From an uncultured Roseiarcus sp. (GTDB taxonomy: Bacteria; Pseudomonadota; Alphaproteobacteria; Rhizobiales; Beijerinckiaceae): a DNA stretch of 64,000 nucleotides. The notes beneath the pieces are model-generated. The model was not told where the DNA came from. It searched no databases and saw nothing but the letters and a program-made list of their open reading frames with translations. The stretch is from contig CAMFKX010000002.1 of assembly GCA_945957375.1 (NCBI GenBank), forward strand, positions 3,323 to 67,322, in the 5' to 3' direction. How positions within the stretch are numbered: position 1 is the first letter of the stretch; every line of letters begins with the position of its first letter. Positions 49,274 through 58,160 of the stretch are shown piece after piece. The position numbers and the translations under genes were made by a program.

Positions 49274-50640
49274 GCGTCTCGTCCGCCCCGCCGCCGGCCG
49301 GCACCCTGCTCTCGCGCGTCGTCGGCCTCCTGATCGCGGTCCTGCTCACCGCCGCGAGCGCGGGCGTCGGCGTCTACCAGAACCTGCCGGCGCAGCAGGT
49401 CATCCTCTATTCGGCCGCGACGCTCGCGCTGACCGCCTGGATCTGGCGCTTCTACGTCGTCCAGTTCGGCGTCGGCGCCGGCGGCGAACAGGGGACGGGC
49501 GAGCTGCGCCGCGCCTGGCGGCGCTATCGCCCCGGCATCCTCGGCTTCCTCGCGCTGCTCGCCGTGTTCGTCGCGCTGTCGCTGACGATCGACGGCTTCT
49601 TCAACGTCTGGACCGTCATTTCGGCGCTGATCCTGCTCATGATCATCATCCTGACCATGAGCGTCGGCCGCTTCATGGCGGAGAACCGCAGCGCCTTCAT
49701 CGGCCTCATGGTGCTGATGGGCCTGTTCTCGGTCGGCTCGATGAACATCGAGGGCTTCGCCTCGGCGACCAACATCAAGTCGATGCTGCTGTTCGCCTCG
49801 TTCCTCGGGCTCGCCTCGATCGGCCAGACGCTCGTGGCGCTGCTCGGCGGCCTCGATCTCTCGATCCCCTACGTGATCGGCGCGGCCAACGTCGGGCTCC
49901 TCTATCTCATCAGCCTCGGCGTGCCGCCGTGGCTCACCTTCCTGCTGATCCTGCTTGCGGGCGCCCTGATCGGGATCATCAACGGCGTGCTGAGCCTGCG
50001 CTTGCAGGGACAGGCGCTGATCGTCACGCTCGGCGCCGGCTTCGTCGTCTCCGGCGGCACGCAGATCGTGACCTCGATCGGCTCGGCCTACAGCGGCAAC
50101 GTGTTCGGGACCGTGCCCGAGTGGCTGACCAACCTCTCCTCGATGGCGGGGTCGACCTTCGGCCTGCCGTTCCCGCCGGTGATCGCGATCTGGGGCGCGG
50201 CGGCGATCGTGCTCACGATCGGCCTGCGCCACACCGTCTATGGCCGGTTCCTCTACGCCCTCGGGGTGAACCGCACCTCGGCCGAGCGACTGTTCATCTC
50301 GGAGCGCGCCTATTGGATCTCGGCCTTCGGCCTCAGCGGCTTCTTCTCCGCCTTCACCGGCTGCCTCCTTCTGGGCTGGAGCGGCGGAGGCTTCATCGGC
50401 GTCGGGTCGCAGTACCTCTTCATGACGCTCGCCGCGGTGGTGGTCGGGGGAACCTCGCTGCTCGGCGGGGTCGGCGGCTACGGCTTCACGGTGATCGGCG
50501 TCCTCGTCCTGCAGGTGCTGACCTCGTTCCTCGTCGGCATCGGGCTCAAGTTCGAGTGGCAGCAGTTCATCTTCGGGCTCCTGATCCTGCCGATGGTCGC
50601 CCTCTACGCGCGCTCGCCGCACATCCGAACCCAGATCTAG
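49270..50640 (+). CDS. ABC transporter permease (RbsC-like) with N-terminal extra TM segments
   Basis: Motifs GQTLVALLGGLDLS, GRFLYALGVN and AAVVVGGTSLLGG. About 456 aa. Confidence 0.85.
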   Translation: MSVSSAPPPAGTLLSRVVGLLIAVLLTAASAGVGVYQNLPAQQVILYSAATLALTAWIWRFYVVQFGVGAGGEQGTGELRRAWRRYRPGILGFLALLAVFVALSLTIDGFFNVWTVISALILLMIIILTMSVGRFMAENRSAFIGLMVLMGLFSVGSMNIEGFASATNIKSMLLFASFLGLASIGQTLVALLGGLDLSIPYVIGAANVGLLYLISLGVPPWLTFLLILLAGALIGIINGVLSLRLQGQALIVTLGAGFVVSGGTQIVTSIGSAYSGNVFGTVPEWLTNLSSMAGSTFGLPFPPVIAIWGAAAIVLTIGLRHTVYGRFLYALGVNRTSAERLFISERAYWISAFGLSGFFSAFTGCLLLGWSGGGFIGVGSQYLFMTLAAVVVGGTSLLGGVGGYGFTVIGVLVLQVLTSFLVGIGLKFEWQQFIFGLLILPMVALYARSPHIRTQI

Positions 50641-50682
50641 AGGAAAGCCCATGACAGCCAGAGACCTTCGGGAGCCGGGCCG

Positions 50683-51393
50683 GTGAATGCGATGATCGAT
50701 CCCCAGGACCTGACCGGCGCCAGCTATTCGGCCGTGCTCTATGCGCTCGTCGGCGCGACCGCGTTCCTGCTCCTCGGCGTGAGCTGGGTCGGGCGCGCTT
50801 GGAAGCTCGTGGTCGCGCTCGCCGCGGTCGCGACGCTGGTCGGCGCTTGCCAGGCCTGGGATTCGCGCAGCGCGTGGCTCGCGGCGAAGAGCGTCTCGGT
50901 CGCCTACCCCTACGCCGGCTGGATCATCTCGATGCCGGTCCAGGTGGTGACCCTGTTCTTCCTCGCCGCGCGCGGCGGCAAGGTCTCGCAGGCGCTGTTC
51001 TGGCGGCTCGCCGCCGTGTCGATCCTGATGGTGCTCGTCCGCTATCTCGGCGACGCCAAGCTGATGGTCCCGACCCTCAGCTTCCTGATCGGCGTCGCGC
51101 TCTGGCTGTACATCCTCGGCGAGCTCTACTTCGGCCAGATGGACGAGGCGGTCGCGACCAGCAGCGACGACGCCCTGAAGCGCGGCTATTTCTGGCTGCG
51201 CACCGTCGTCACCGTCGGCTGGGCGATCTATCCGCTCGGCAGTTTCATCGTGAGCTTCACCAGCGCCGTCGACGACGGCCGGCTGAGCCTCACCTACAAT
51301 CTCGCCGAGTTCGTCAACCTGATCGCGTTCGGCCTCGCGGTGCTCGCCACCGCAATGGTGAGCGCGGACGGCGACCGCAAGGCCGCGGCCTGA
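50683..51393 (+). CDS. Proteorhodopsin-like 7-TM protein lacking the retinal-binding lysine (Rh-noK, FArhodopsin-like)
   Basis: Seven hydrophobic helices. WK after helix A; helix C YPYAGWIISMP (PR: YRYIDWLLTVP); ILM..RYLGD (PR: VM..GYLGE); VTVGWAIYPLG (helix F, near-identical to PR); YNLAEFVNLIAFG (PR: YNLADFVNKILFG). Confidence 0.88.
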   Translation: MNAMIDPQDLTGASYSAVLYALVGATAFLLLGVSWVGRAWKLVVALAAVATLVGACQAWDSRSAWLAAKSVSVAYPYAGWIISMPVQVVTLFFLAARGGKVSQALFWRLAAVSILMVLVRYLGDAKLMVPTLSFLIGVALWLYILGELYFGQMDEAVATSSDDALKRGYFWLRTVVTVGWAIYPLGSFIVSFTSAVDDGRLSLTYNLAEFVNLIAFGLAVLATAMVSADGDRKAAA

Positions 51394-51444
51394 GGACGGC
51401 GCCGCCGCCCTCGGAAAGACAAAGTGAATTCTGGAGCTGACGAA

Positions 51445-53118
51445 ATGAACGGCGCCGACATCATCGCGGTCATCATCCTGGCGGCCATCGTCATCGCGAT
51501 CCTCGCCTATCTCCTGCACTGGCTCTATCGCCGGTCGACCAAGGACGTCTCGTTCGTCCGGACCGGCCTCGGCGGCGAGAAGGTGATCATGGGCGGCGGT
51601 GCCTTCATCCTGCCGATCGTCCACGACCTGACCGAAGTCAGCATGAACACTTTGCGGCTGCAGGTGACGCGCGCCCGCGAAAAATCGCTGATCACCAAGG
51701 ACCGCATGCGCATCGAGCTCGAAGTCGAGTTCTATGTCCGCGTCGTGCCGAACGCGGCCGAGGTCGCGACCGCGGCGCGCACGCTCGGCCGGCGCACCAT
51801 GGATCCCGAGAAGCTGCGCGAACTGGTGCAGGGCCGCTTCGTCGACGCGATGGGCGCCGTCGCCGCCTCGATGACGCTCGAGGAGATGCACGAGCGGCGC
51901 GACCGCTTCATCGCCGGCGTCAAGGCGGAGGTTGTCAAGAACCTCGGGCAGAACGGCCTCGAACTCGAGGCGGTGTCGCTCGTTTCGCTCGACCAGGCCG
52001 ACATGAAGCTCTTCAACCCGGCCAACGCCTTCGACGCCGAGGGCCTCACCCGCCTCACCGAGGAGATCGAGTCGCGCAAGAAGAAGCGCAACGACATCGA
52101 GCAGGACACGATGATCGCGATCCGCAACAAGAATCTCGAGGCCGAGAAGATGGCGCTCGAGATCGCGCGCGAGAGCGAGTACGCGCGCCTCGCGCAGGAG
52201 GGCGAGATCGCCGTGCGGCGCGCGCAGCAGGCGGCCGAGGTCGAGCGCGAGCGCGCGGCGCGCGAGCGCGACATCGAGGCGGCCAAGATCGAGGAGCGCG
52301 AGCAGGTCGAGCGCATCCGCATCGCCATGGAGCGTCAGCTCGAGGCGCTCGAGATCAGCCGGATCGAGGCGCGCGAGATCGCCGAGCAGGCGCGCGAGAT
52401 CGCGGTGGCGGAAAAGTCGCAGGAGCGCTCCCGCAGCCAGACCGCGGCGGAAGAGGCGCGCAAGGCGCTGCTCGAGGCGCAGGAAGGCGTCGAGACCGCG
52501 CGCGAGACGGCGGTGGCGAACCGCAGGCGCGAGATCGACCTGATCGCGGCGAGGCGTCAGGCCGAGGTCGAGGCGGTCAGGGTCACGATCTCGGCGGAAG
52601 CCGAGAAGGCCGCCGCCGCCGACCGCGCCGAGGCCGACCGCATCGCCGTCGCGGCGCTGAAGGAGCGCTCCGCGGTCGAGGCGGAGGCGAAGCGCGCCGT
52701 GAACGAGGCGGAGAACCTGCGTTCCGACGCGAGCCGCCGCAGCGCTCTGCACCAGAAGCTCGTCGAGGCGCTGCCGTCGATCATCCGCGAGAGCGTCAAG
52801 CCGATGGAGCGCATCGAAGGCATCAAGATTCTCCACGTCGAGGGTCTGCCCGGCCTGTCGAGCCCGGGCGCGGCGGGCGGCGGCGGCGACAGCGGCGGAG
52901 GCGCGCCGTCTGCGCCTCGGGACGGCAATCTCGCCGAGGAGGTGGTCAGCTCGGCGCTGCGCTACCGGGCGCAGGCGCCGTTCGTCGACACGCTGCTCGG
53001 CGAAATCGGCCTCAACTCGGCCGACATCCATCGCACGCAGCCGCTGCAGAACCTGTCGAAGATCGTCTACTCGCAGACGAACGAACCGGATCGCGGACCC
53101 GAGCGCGGCGGCCGGTGA
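51445..53118 (+). CDS. Flotillin-family (SPFH/band 7) membrane scaffold protein
   Basis: N-terminal TM, FVRTGLGGEKV, ITKDRMR..VEFYVRV, SLDQ, FNPANAFDAEGLT and a long E/A/R coiled coil. GGAG RBS lies before ATG 51445. Confidence 0.92.
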   Translation: MNGADIIAVIILAAIVIAILAYLLHWLYRRSTKDVSFVRTGLGGEKVIMGGGAFILPIVHDLTEVSMNTLRLQVTRAREKSLITKDRMRIELEVEFYVRVVPNAAEVATAARTLGRRTMDPEKLRELVQGRFVDAMGAVAASMTLEEMHERRDRFIAGVKAEVVKNLGQNGLELEAVSLVSLDQADMKLFNPANAFDAEGLTRLTEEIESRKKKRNDIEQDTMIAIRNKNLEAEKMALEIARESEYARLAQEGEIAVRRAQQAAEVERERAARERDIEAAKIEEREQVERIRIAMERQLEALEISRIEAREIAEQAREIAVAEKSQERSRSQTAAEEARKALLEAQEGVETARETAVANRRREIDLIAARRQAEVEAVRVTISAEAEKAAAADRAEADRIAVAALKERSAVEAEAKRAVNEAENLRSDASRRSALHQKLVEALPSIIRESVKPMERIEGIKILHVEGLPGLSSPGAAGGGGDSGGGAPSAPRDGNLAEEVVSSALRYRAQAPFVDTLLGEIGLNSADIHRTQPLQNLSKIVYSQTNEPDRGPERGGR

Positions 53119-53162
53119 CACCGTACGCAAGCGCGCGAACCGCATCGCGATGAGGACATCTC

Positions 53163-53582
53163 GTGGACACTGACCGGTATGTCGAGCACGGGATCGCCGT
53201 CTTCGCCGCCTGGGGCGTGTTCGGCGCGATCGCCGTCGGCTTCCTGATGGAGGGGATTTCGCGCGAAGCCTACCTGCTGTCGCTCGTGGGCGTCGCGGCG
53301 GCGATCGCCGGCTTCGTCGCCCACCTGCTCGTCAACGCCTGGTTCGGGCTGACGTTCTCGCGCGCCGAGGGCGGGCTCGGGCTCGCGGCGCTCGGTCTCG
53401 TGACGCTGGTGTTCACCGTGTCGTGGCTCGCGAGCGGGCTCGCCCAGACGACGGTCTGGACCGGCCTGACGCTGATCGCCGCGCTGATCGCGACCGCCTT
53501 CCTCTATCTCGCCACCCGCTTCGGGGTGAGAGGCGCGTTCTCGCAATATCACGGGCGACGCGAAGGCGGCGGGCGGCGATGA
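53163..53582 (+). CDS. Small 4-TM membrane protein of unknown function
   Basis: Four hydrophobic helices; GAGGA RBS; its stop overlaps the next start. Confidence 0.75.
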   Translation: MDTDRYVEHGIAVFAAWGVFGAIAVGFLMEGISREAYLLSLVGVAAAIAGFVAHLLVNAWFGLTFSRAEGGLGLAALGLVTLVFTVSWLASGLAQTTVWTGLTLIAALIATAFLYLATRFGVRGAFSQYHGRREGGGRR

Positions 53583-55519
53583 ACCTCACCGCGGCCCAGA
53601 TCTGGCTCATCGCGTTCGGGACGGCCTATGTGGCCGCGACCTCGTTCTGGGCCCGCCAGTGCTCGCTGCGGGAAAAGGGGGCGCGCCGCTACCTCTCGGC
53701 GACGGGCGAGCTTCCCGGCTGGATCGTCGCGCTCGCGCTGGCCGCGGTGAGCCTCTCGGCGTGGTTCGCGCTGGGACTGCCGGACGCCGTCGCGCGCGAC
53801 GGATTTTCCGGCGCGGGGCTTGCGCTCGCCACCATCCCGATGGCGCTGGTCGGGGTCGCGACCTTCAAGCGGCAGTGGCAGACCGCGCGCCGCTTCGGCG
53901 CGCGCAGCCAGGCGCAGCTGCTCGCCTTCTACTACCGCTCGCGCGGCTTCGCGTGGCTCTCCGGGGGACTCGCGGCCCTGTTCGCGGTCGCCTTCGCCGC
54001 GCTCCAGCTCGCCGTGCTCGGCAGGCTGATGGCGGATCTCTCCGGCGGCGGCATCGCCCCGGAGCCGGCCACGTGGCTCCTCAGCCTCATGACCTTCTCC
54101 TACGTGATCGTCGGCGGGTTCTACGCCGCCGGGGCGCTCGGCGCCCTGCAATGCGTCTTGCTCGCGGGCGGCGTCGTCGGACTCGCGATCGCGGCCGGCG
54201 AGCTCGGCGGCGGCTTCGCCGCGATCAATTTCGCGCTCGGGAAGCTCGCCGAAGTCCCGGCCAACGCCCATCTCTTCCAGGTGTCGGGCGTCGTCCGCTT
54301 CGTCGCCGGCGCCGACGACGGCGGCGGCTGGACCGCCGCGCTGGTGCTCTCGACCGCGCTCGCGCTCGCGGGCGTGCAGGCGAGCCCGATCGCGACCCAG
54401 CTCCTGCTCTCGGCGCGCGACGACCGTGCGGTCGCGGCCGGCCAGACTTGGGTGCTCGCGGCCTTCTTCGGCGGCCTGTGCGCGTTCGGCCTCGTGCTCG
54501 TCGGCGCCTGGGGCATGGCGTTCGCGTCGAAGGATGCGGTCGGGGACCTGCTCGCCCGGCTCGGCGCCGGCTCGCCATGGTTCATGGCGGCGATTTATTT
54601 CGGGCTGGTCGCCGGCTTCCAGGCGCTCGCCGCGGTGAGCGTCCTGACCGCCGCGCGCGGGCTCGTGCGCGACATCTTCGTGCCCGACTTCATGCCCGAC
54701 CTTTCCGGAGAGACCGCGAACCTGATCGGGCGCGTCGCGGTCGGCCTGCTGATGCTCGTGAGCGTCCTCCTCGCGACGCGCGCGCCCGCCGCCACAGTGT
54801 CGCTCGGCGCGCTCGCGCTCCCTTTCGCCGCGCAGATGCTTCCGGCGCTCGTGGGCCTGTGCTGGCTGCGCTGGATCATGCCTCCTGCGGCCCTCGTCGG
54901 CGCCGTCGTCGGCCTCGCGGTCGTGGCGCTGACCGACAGTTTCGGCCTGGCGCTCATGGATTTCGTCGGCCTGCACCTGCCCTGGGGCCGCTGGCCGTGG
55001 ACGATCCACTCCGCCGGCTGGGGTCTCGCCGCCAACGCCGCGACGATCCTGGTCATCACCGCGATCGCCCCGGCGCGCCGGGCGAGCCAGCGGGCGGCGA
55101 CCCTCGACGAGTTCTTCGCCGGGCTCGGCGCGCCGCGGCCGCCCGCCCGCGGCGTCAGTTCGGCGGCCTGGTCGGCGGCGCTCGCCTGGCTGTTCGCCGG
55201 CGTGGGGCCGGGGCTCCTGTTCGGCAATTTCGCCTTCGGGCAGAGCGGCGGCGGCTTCGGCGGGTGGCTGCTCGGCATGCCGCCGTTGTGGGCGTGGTGC
55301 CTGCTGATGTGGTCGCTCGGCGTCATTCTCGTCTGGCTCGTCGCCTACCGGCTTCGGCTCGCGACCCCGGCGGGCGTCGAGATCCCGCCGATCGAAAGCG
55401 GTCCGGAAGGCCGGAAGCGCGCCGCCGGCCTTCGCGTTGACCATCTTGAGGCGCTTCTTTGGGCCCTCAGCGGCGCCGGGGCGCTGATTACCGCCGCGGC
55501 GTGGACCTTCGGACACTGA
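53579..55519 (+). CDS. Divergent sodium:solute symporter (SSS) family protein
   Basis: About 13-15 TM segments. SSS-like N-terminal pattern YLSATGELPGW..A..AVSLSAWFALGLP..VARDG, plus KRQW..ARRFG and WPWTIHSAGWG. Confidence 0.7.
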   Translation: MNLTAAQIWLIAFGTAYVAATSFWARQCSLREKGARRYLSATGELPGWIVALALAAVSLSAWFALGLPDAVARDGFSGAGLALATIPMALVGVATFKRQWQTARRFGARSQAQLLAFYYRSRGFAWLSGGLAALFAVAFAALQLAVLGRLMADLSGGGIAPEPATWLLSLMTFSYVIVGGFYAAGALGALQCVLLAGGVVGLAIAAGELGGGFAAINFALGKLAEVPANAHLFQVSGVVRFVAGADDGGGWTAALVLSTALALAGVQASPIATQLLLSARDDRAVAAGQTWVLAAFFGGLCAFGLVLVGAWGMAFASKDAVGDLLARLGAGSPWFMAAIYFGLVAGFQALAAVSVLTAARGLVRDIFVPDFMPDLSGETANLIGRVAVGLLMLVSVLLATRAPAATVSLGALALPFAAQMLPALVGLCWLRWIMPPAALVGAVVGLAVVALTDSFGLALMDFVGLHLPWGRWPWTIHSAGWGLAANAATILVITAIAPARRASQRAATLDEFFAGLGAPRPPARGVSSAAWSAALAWLFAGVGPGLLFGNFAFGQSGGGFGGWLLGMPPLWAWCLLMWSLGVILVWLVAYRLRLATPAGVEIPPIESGPEGRKRAAGLRVDHLEALLWALSGAGALITAAAWTFGH

Positions 55520-55539
55520 CGGATGAGGAGAGGAAGCGC

Positions 55540-56697
55540 ATGAACCCCTTCACCTTCAACACAAGCGCCGGCATCCAGTTCGGGGCGGGGGCGATCGCCC
55601 GGATCGGCGCGCTGGCGCGCGAGCGGCTGGGCCCGCGCGTGCTCCTCGTCACCGACCCCGGCATGGTGGCGACCGGCATGGTCGACCGGGTGATGGGCCT
55701 GCTCGCGGAAGCCTGCGTCGCGGCGGAAGTCTTCGCCGACGTCGTCGCCGACCCGCCGGCCCAGATGATCCTGACCGCCGTCGAGAAAGCGACCGCGGCC
55801 GGGACGACCGGCGTGCTCGGCTTTGGCGGCGGCTCCTCGCTCGACACGGCGAAGCTCGTCGCCCTGCTCGCGCCGGGCCGCCAACAGCTCGCCGACGTGT
55901 TCGGGGTCGGCAACGCCAAAGGGCCCCGGCTGCCGATGATCCTGGTGCCGACGACCTCCGGAACGGGGTCCGAGGTGACGCCGATCTCGATCGTCACCAC
56001 CGGCGAGAACGAGAAGATGGGCGTCGTCTCGCCGGTCATCCTGCCCGACGTCGCCCTGCTCGACCCGGAGCTGACGCTCGGCCTGCCGCCCCACGTCACC
56101 GCCGCGACCGGAATCGACGCGATGGTGCACGCCATCGAGGCCTATGCCTCGCGCAACGCCAACGCCAATCCGGTCTCGCGCGCGCTCGCCAAGGAGGCGC
56201 TGGCGCTCCTCGGCGGCGCGATCGAGACTGCGGTCCATGACGGCGCCAACCTCGAGGCGCGCTCGGCCATGCTGCTCGGCTCGATGCTCGCCGGCCAGGC
56301 CTTCGCCAATTCGCCGGTCGCCGCGGTGCACGCGCTCGCCTATCCGCTCGGCGGCCATTTCCACATTCCCCACGGCCTCTCGAACGCGCTGGTGCTGCCG
56401 CACGTGCTGCGCTTCAACTGCAAGACCGCTCCCGACGCATACGTCGACATCGCGCCGATCGCCTTTCCGGACCTCGCGCGGCTCGAGGGGCAGGCGCGGG
56501 CGGAGGCCTTCTGCGACGCGCTCGAGGCCCTGTCGCAGCGCTGCAACCTGCCGCCGCGCCTGCGCGACGCCGGGGTCCCGGAAGCCATCCTGCCGACGCT
56601 GGCGCGCGACGCCATGAAGCAGACGCGCCTGTTGCCGAACAATCCGCGCCCCGTGACAGAGCCGGACGCGCTCGAGATCTATCGGCGCGCTTTCTAA
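55540..56697 (+). CDS. Iron-containing alcohol dehydrogenase, 4-hydroxybutyrate dehydrogenase (BlcB/AttL)-like
   Basis: Motifs GGGSSLDTAK, PTTSGTGSEVT, GIDAMVHAIE, VHALAYPLG and PHGLSNA. Confidence 0.88.
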   Translation: MNPFTFNTSAGIQFGAGAIARIGALARERLGPRVLLVTDPGMVATGMVDRVMGLLAEACVAAEVFADVVADPPAQMILTAVEKATAAGTTGVLGFGGGSSLDTAKLVALLAPGRQQLADVFGVGNAKGPRLPMILVPTTSGTGSEVTPISIVTTGENEKMGVVSPVILPDVALLDPELTLGLPPHVTAATGIDAMVHAIEAYASRNANANPVSRALAKEALALLGGAIETAVHDGANLEARSAMLLGSMLAGQAFANSPVAAVHALAYPLGGHFHIPHGLSNALVLPHVLRFNCKTAPDAYVDIAPIAFPDLARLEGQARAEAFCDALEALSQRCNLPPRLRDAGVPEAILPTLARDAMKQTRLLPNNPRPVTEPDALEIYRRAF

Positions 56698-56711
56698 GCG
56701 AGGAAACGAAC

Positions 56712-58160
56712 ATGCTGAACCTCAACGATCCGTCGCTGCTCGTCTCCGACGCGTACATCGACGGCCAGTGGATCAAGGCCGAACGGCGGTCACAAGTCCG
56801 CAATCCGGCCAATGGCCAGATCGTCGCCGAAGTCGCCGACGTCGGGGTCGCGGGCGCCCGCGCCGCGATCGACGCGGCCGAGCGCGCGCAGCCGGAATGG
56901 GCGGCGCGCACCGCGCGCGACCGGTCGAACATTCTTCTCGAATGGAACCGGCTGATGCTCGCCAATGTCGAGGATCTCGCCCGCATCCTGACCGCGGAAA
57001 TGGGCAAGCCGCTCGCCGAGGCGAGGGGGGAGATCGCCTATGGCGCGAGCTTCATCGAGTGGTTCGCTCAGGAAGGCCGGCGGGTCTACGGGGACACCAT
57101 CCCCGGCCACCAGCCCGACAAGCGCATTCTCGTCATGAAGCAGCCGATCGGGGTCGCAGCGTCGATCACGCCATGGAACTTCCCGAACGCGATGATCGCG
57201 CGCAAGGTCGGCCCGGCGCTCGCCGCCGGCTGCGCCTTCGTCGCCCGCCCCGCCGAACTGACGCCGCTCTCGGCGCTGGCGATGGCCGTGCTCGGCGAAC
57301 GCGCGGGAATCCCGAAGGGCGTGCTCAACGTCGTCACCAGTCACGATTCCGCCGGCGTCGGTCTAGAATTCTGCACGAACCCGAAAGTGCGCAAAATTTC
57401 GTTCACCGGGTCGACGCGGGTCGGCTCGATCCTGATGCGCCAGAGCGCCGACGGGATCAAGAAGCTGAGCCTCGAACTCGGCGGCAACGCGCCGTTCATC
57501 GTGTTCGACGACGCCGACCTCGACAAGGCGGTCGAAGGCGCGATGATCGCCAAATTCCGCAACGCCGGGCAGACCTGCGTGTGCGCCAACCGGATCTACG
57601 TGCAGCGCGGCGTCCATGACGCGTTCGCGGCGAAACTCGCCGCCGCCGTCGGACGGCTGAAAGTCGGCGACGGCGCGGAGGCCGGCGTGCAGATCGGCCC
57701 GCTGATCGAGAGGGCGGCGCTCGACAAGGTCGAGAGCCATGTCGCCGACGCTCTCGCCAAGGGGGCGAAAGTCGCGACCGGCGGGCGCCGGCACGCGGCG
57801 GGCGACCTGTTCTACGAGCCGACCGTTCTGACCAACGCGACCGCCGACATGCTGCTCGCGCGCGAGGAGACGTTCGGTCCCGTCGCGCCGCTGTTTCCCT
57901 TCGACACGGTCGAGGAGGCGATCGCGCTCGCCAACGACACGGAGTTCGGCCTCGCCTCCTACTTCTACGCCCGCGATCTCAGCCGGGTGTGGAAGGTCGC
58001 GGAGGCGCTCGAATACGGGATGGTCGGCGTCAACACCGGGCTCGTGTCCACGGCGGAGGCGCCGTTCGGCGGCGTCAAGATGTCGGGCCTCGGACGGGAA
58101 GGGTCGAAATACGGGATCGACGAGTATCTGACGCTGAAATACGTCTGCCTGTCGATCTGA
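56712..58160 (+). CDS. gabD: NAD(P)-dependent succinate-semialdehyde dehydrogenase (GabD/BlcA-like)
   Basis: Motifs ITPWNFP, ISFTGST, LELGGNAP, KFRNAGQTCVCANR, EETFGP and GREGSKYG. Confidence 0.9.
   Translation: MLNLNDPSLLVSDAYIDGQWIKAERRSQVRNPANGQIVAEVADVGVAGARAAIDAAERAQPEWAARTARDRSNILLEWNRLMLANVEDLARILTAEMGKPLAEARGEIAYGASFIEWFAQEGRRVYGDTIPGHQPDKRILVMKQPIGVAASITPWNFPNAMIARKVGPALAAGCAFVARPAELTPLSALAMAVLGERAGIPKGVLNVVTSHDSAGVGLEFCTNPKVRKISFTGSTRVGSILMRQSADGIKKLSLELGGNAPFIVFDDADLDKAVEGAMIAKFRNAGQTCVCANRIYVQRGVHDAFAAKLAAAVGRLKVGDGAEAGVQIGPLIERAALDKVESHVADALAKGAKVATGGRRHAAGDLFYEPTVLTNATADMLLAREETFGPVAPLFPFDTVEEAIALANDTEFGLASYFYARDLSRVWKVAEALEYGMVGVNTGLVSTAEAPFGGVKMSGLGREGSKYGIDEYLTLKYVCLSI

Noticed and set aside
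50683-51393. Functional light-driven proton pump or photosensor
   Set aside because: The Schiff-base Lys, primary counterion, conserved Arg and proton donor are all substituted, and no blh/crt genes occur in the window.
52100-52760. Repetitive GAGCGC/GAGATC-rich DNA suggesting a tandem repeat or mobile element
   Set aside because: It is explained by the Glu/Ala/Arg-rich coiled coil of flotillin.
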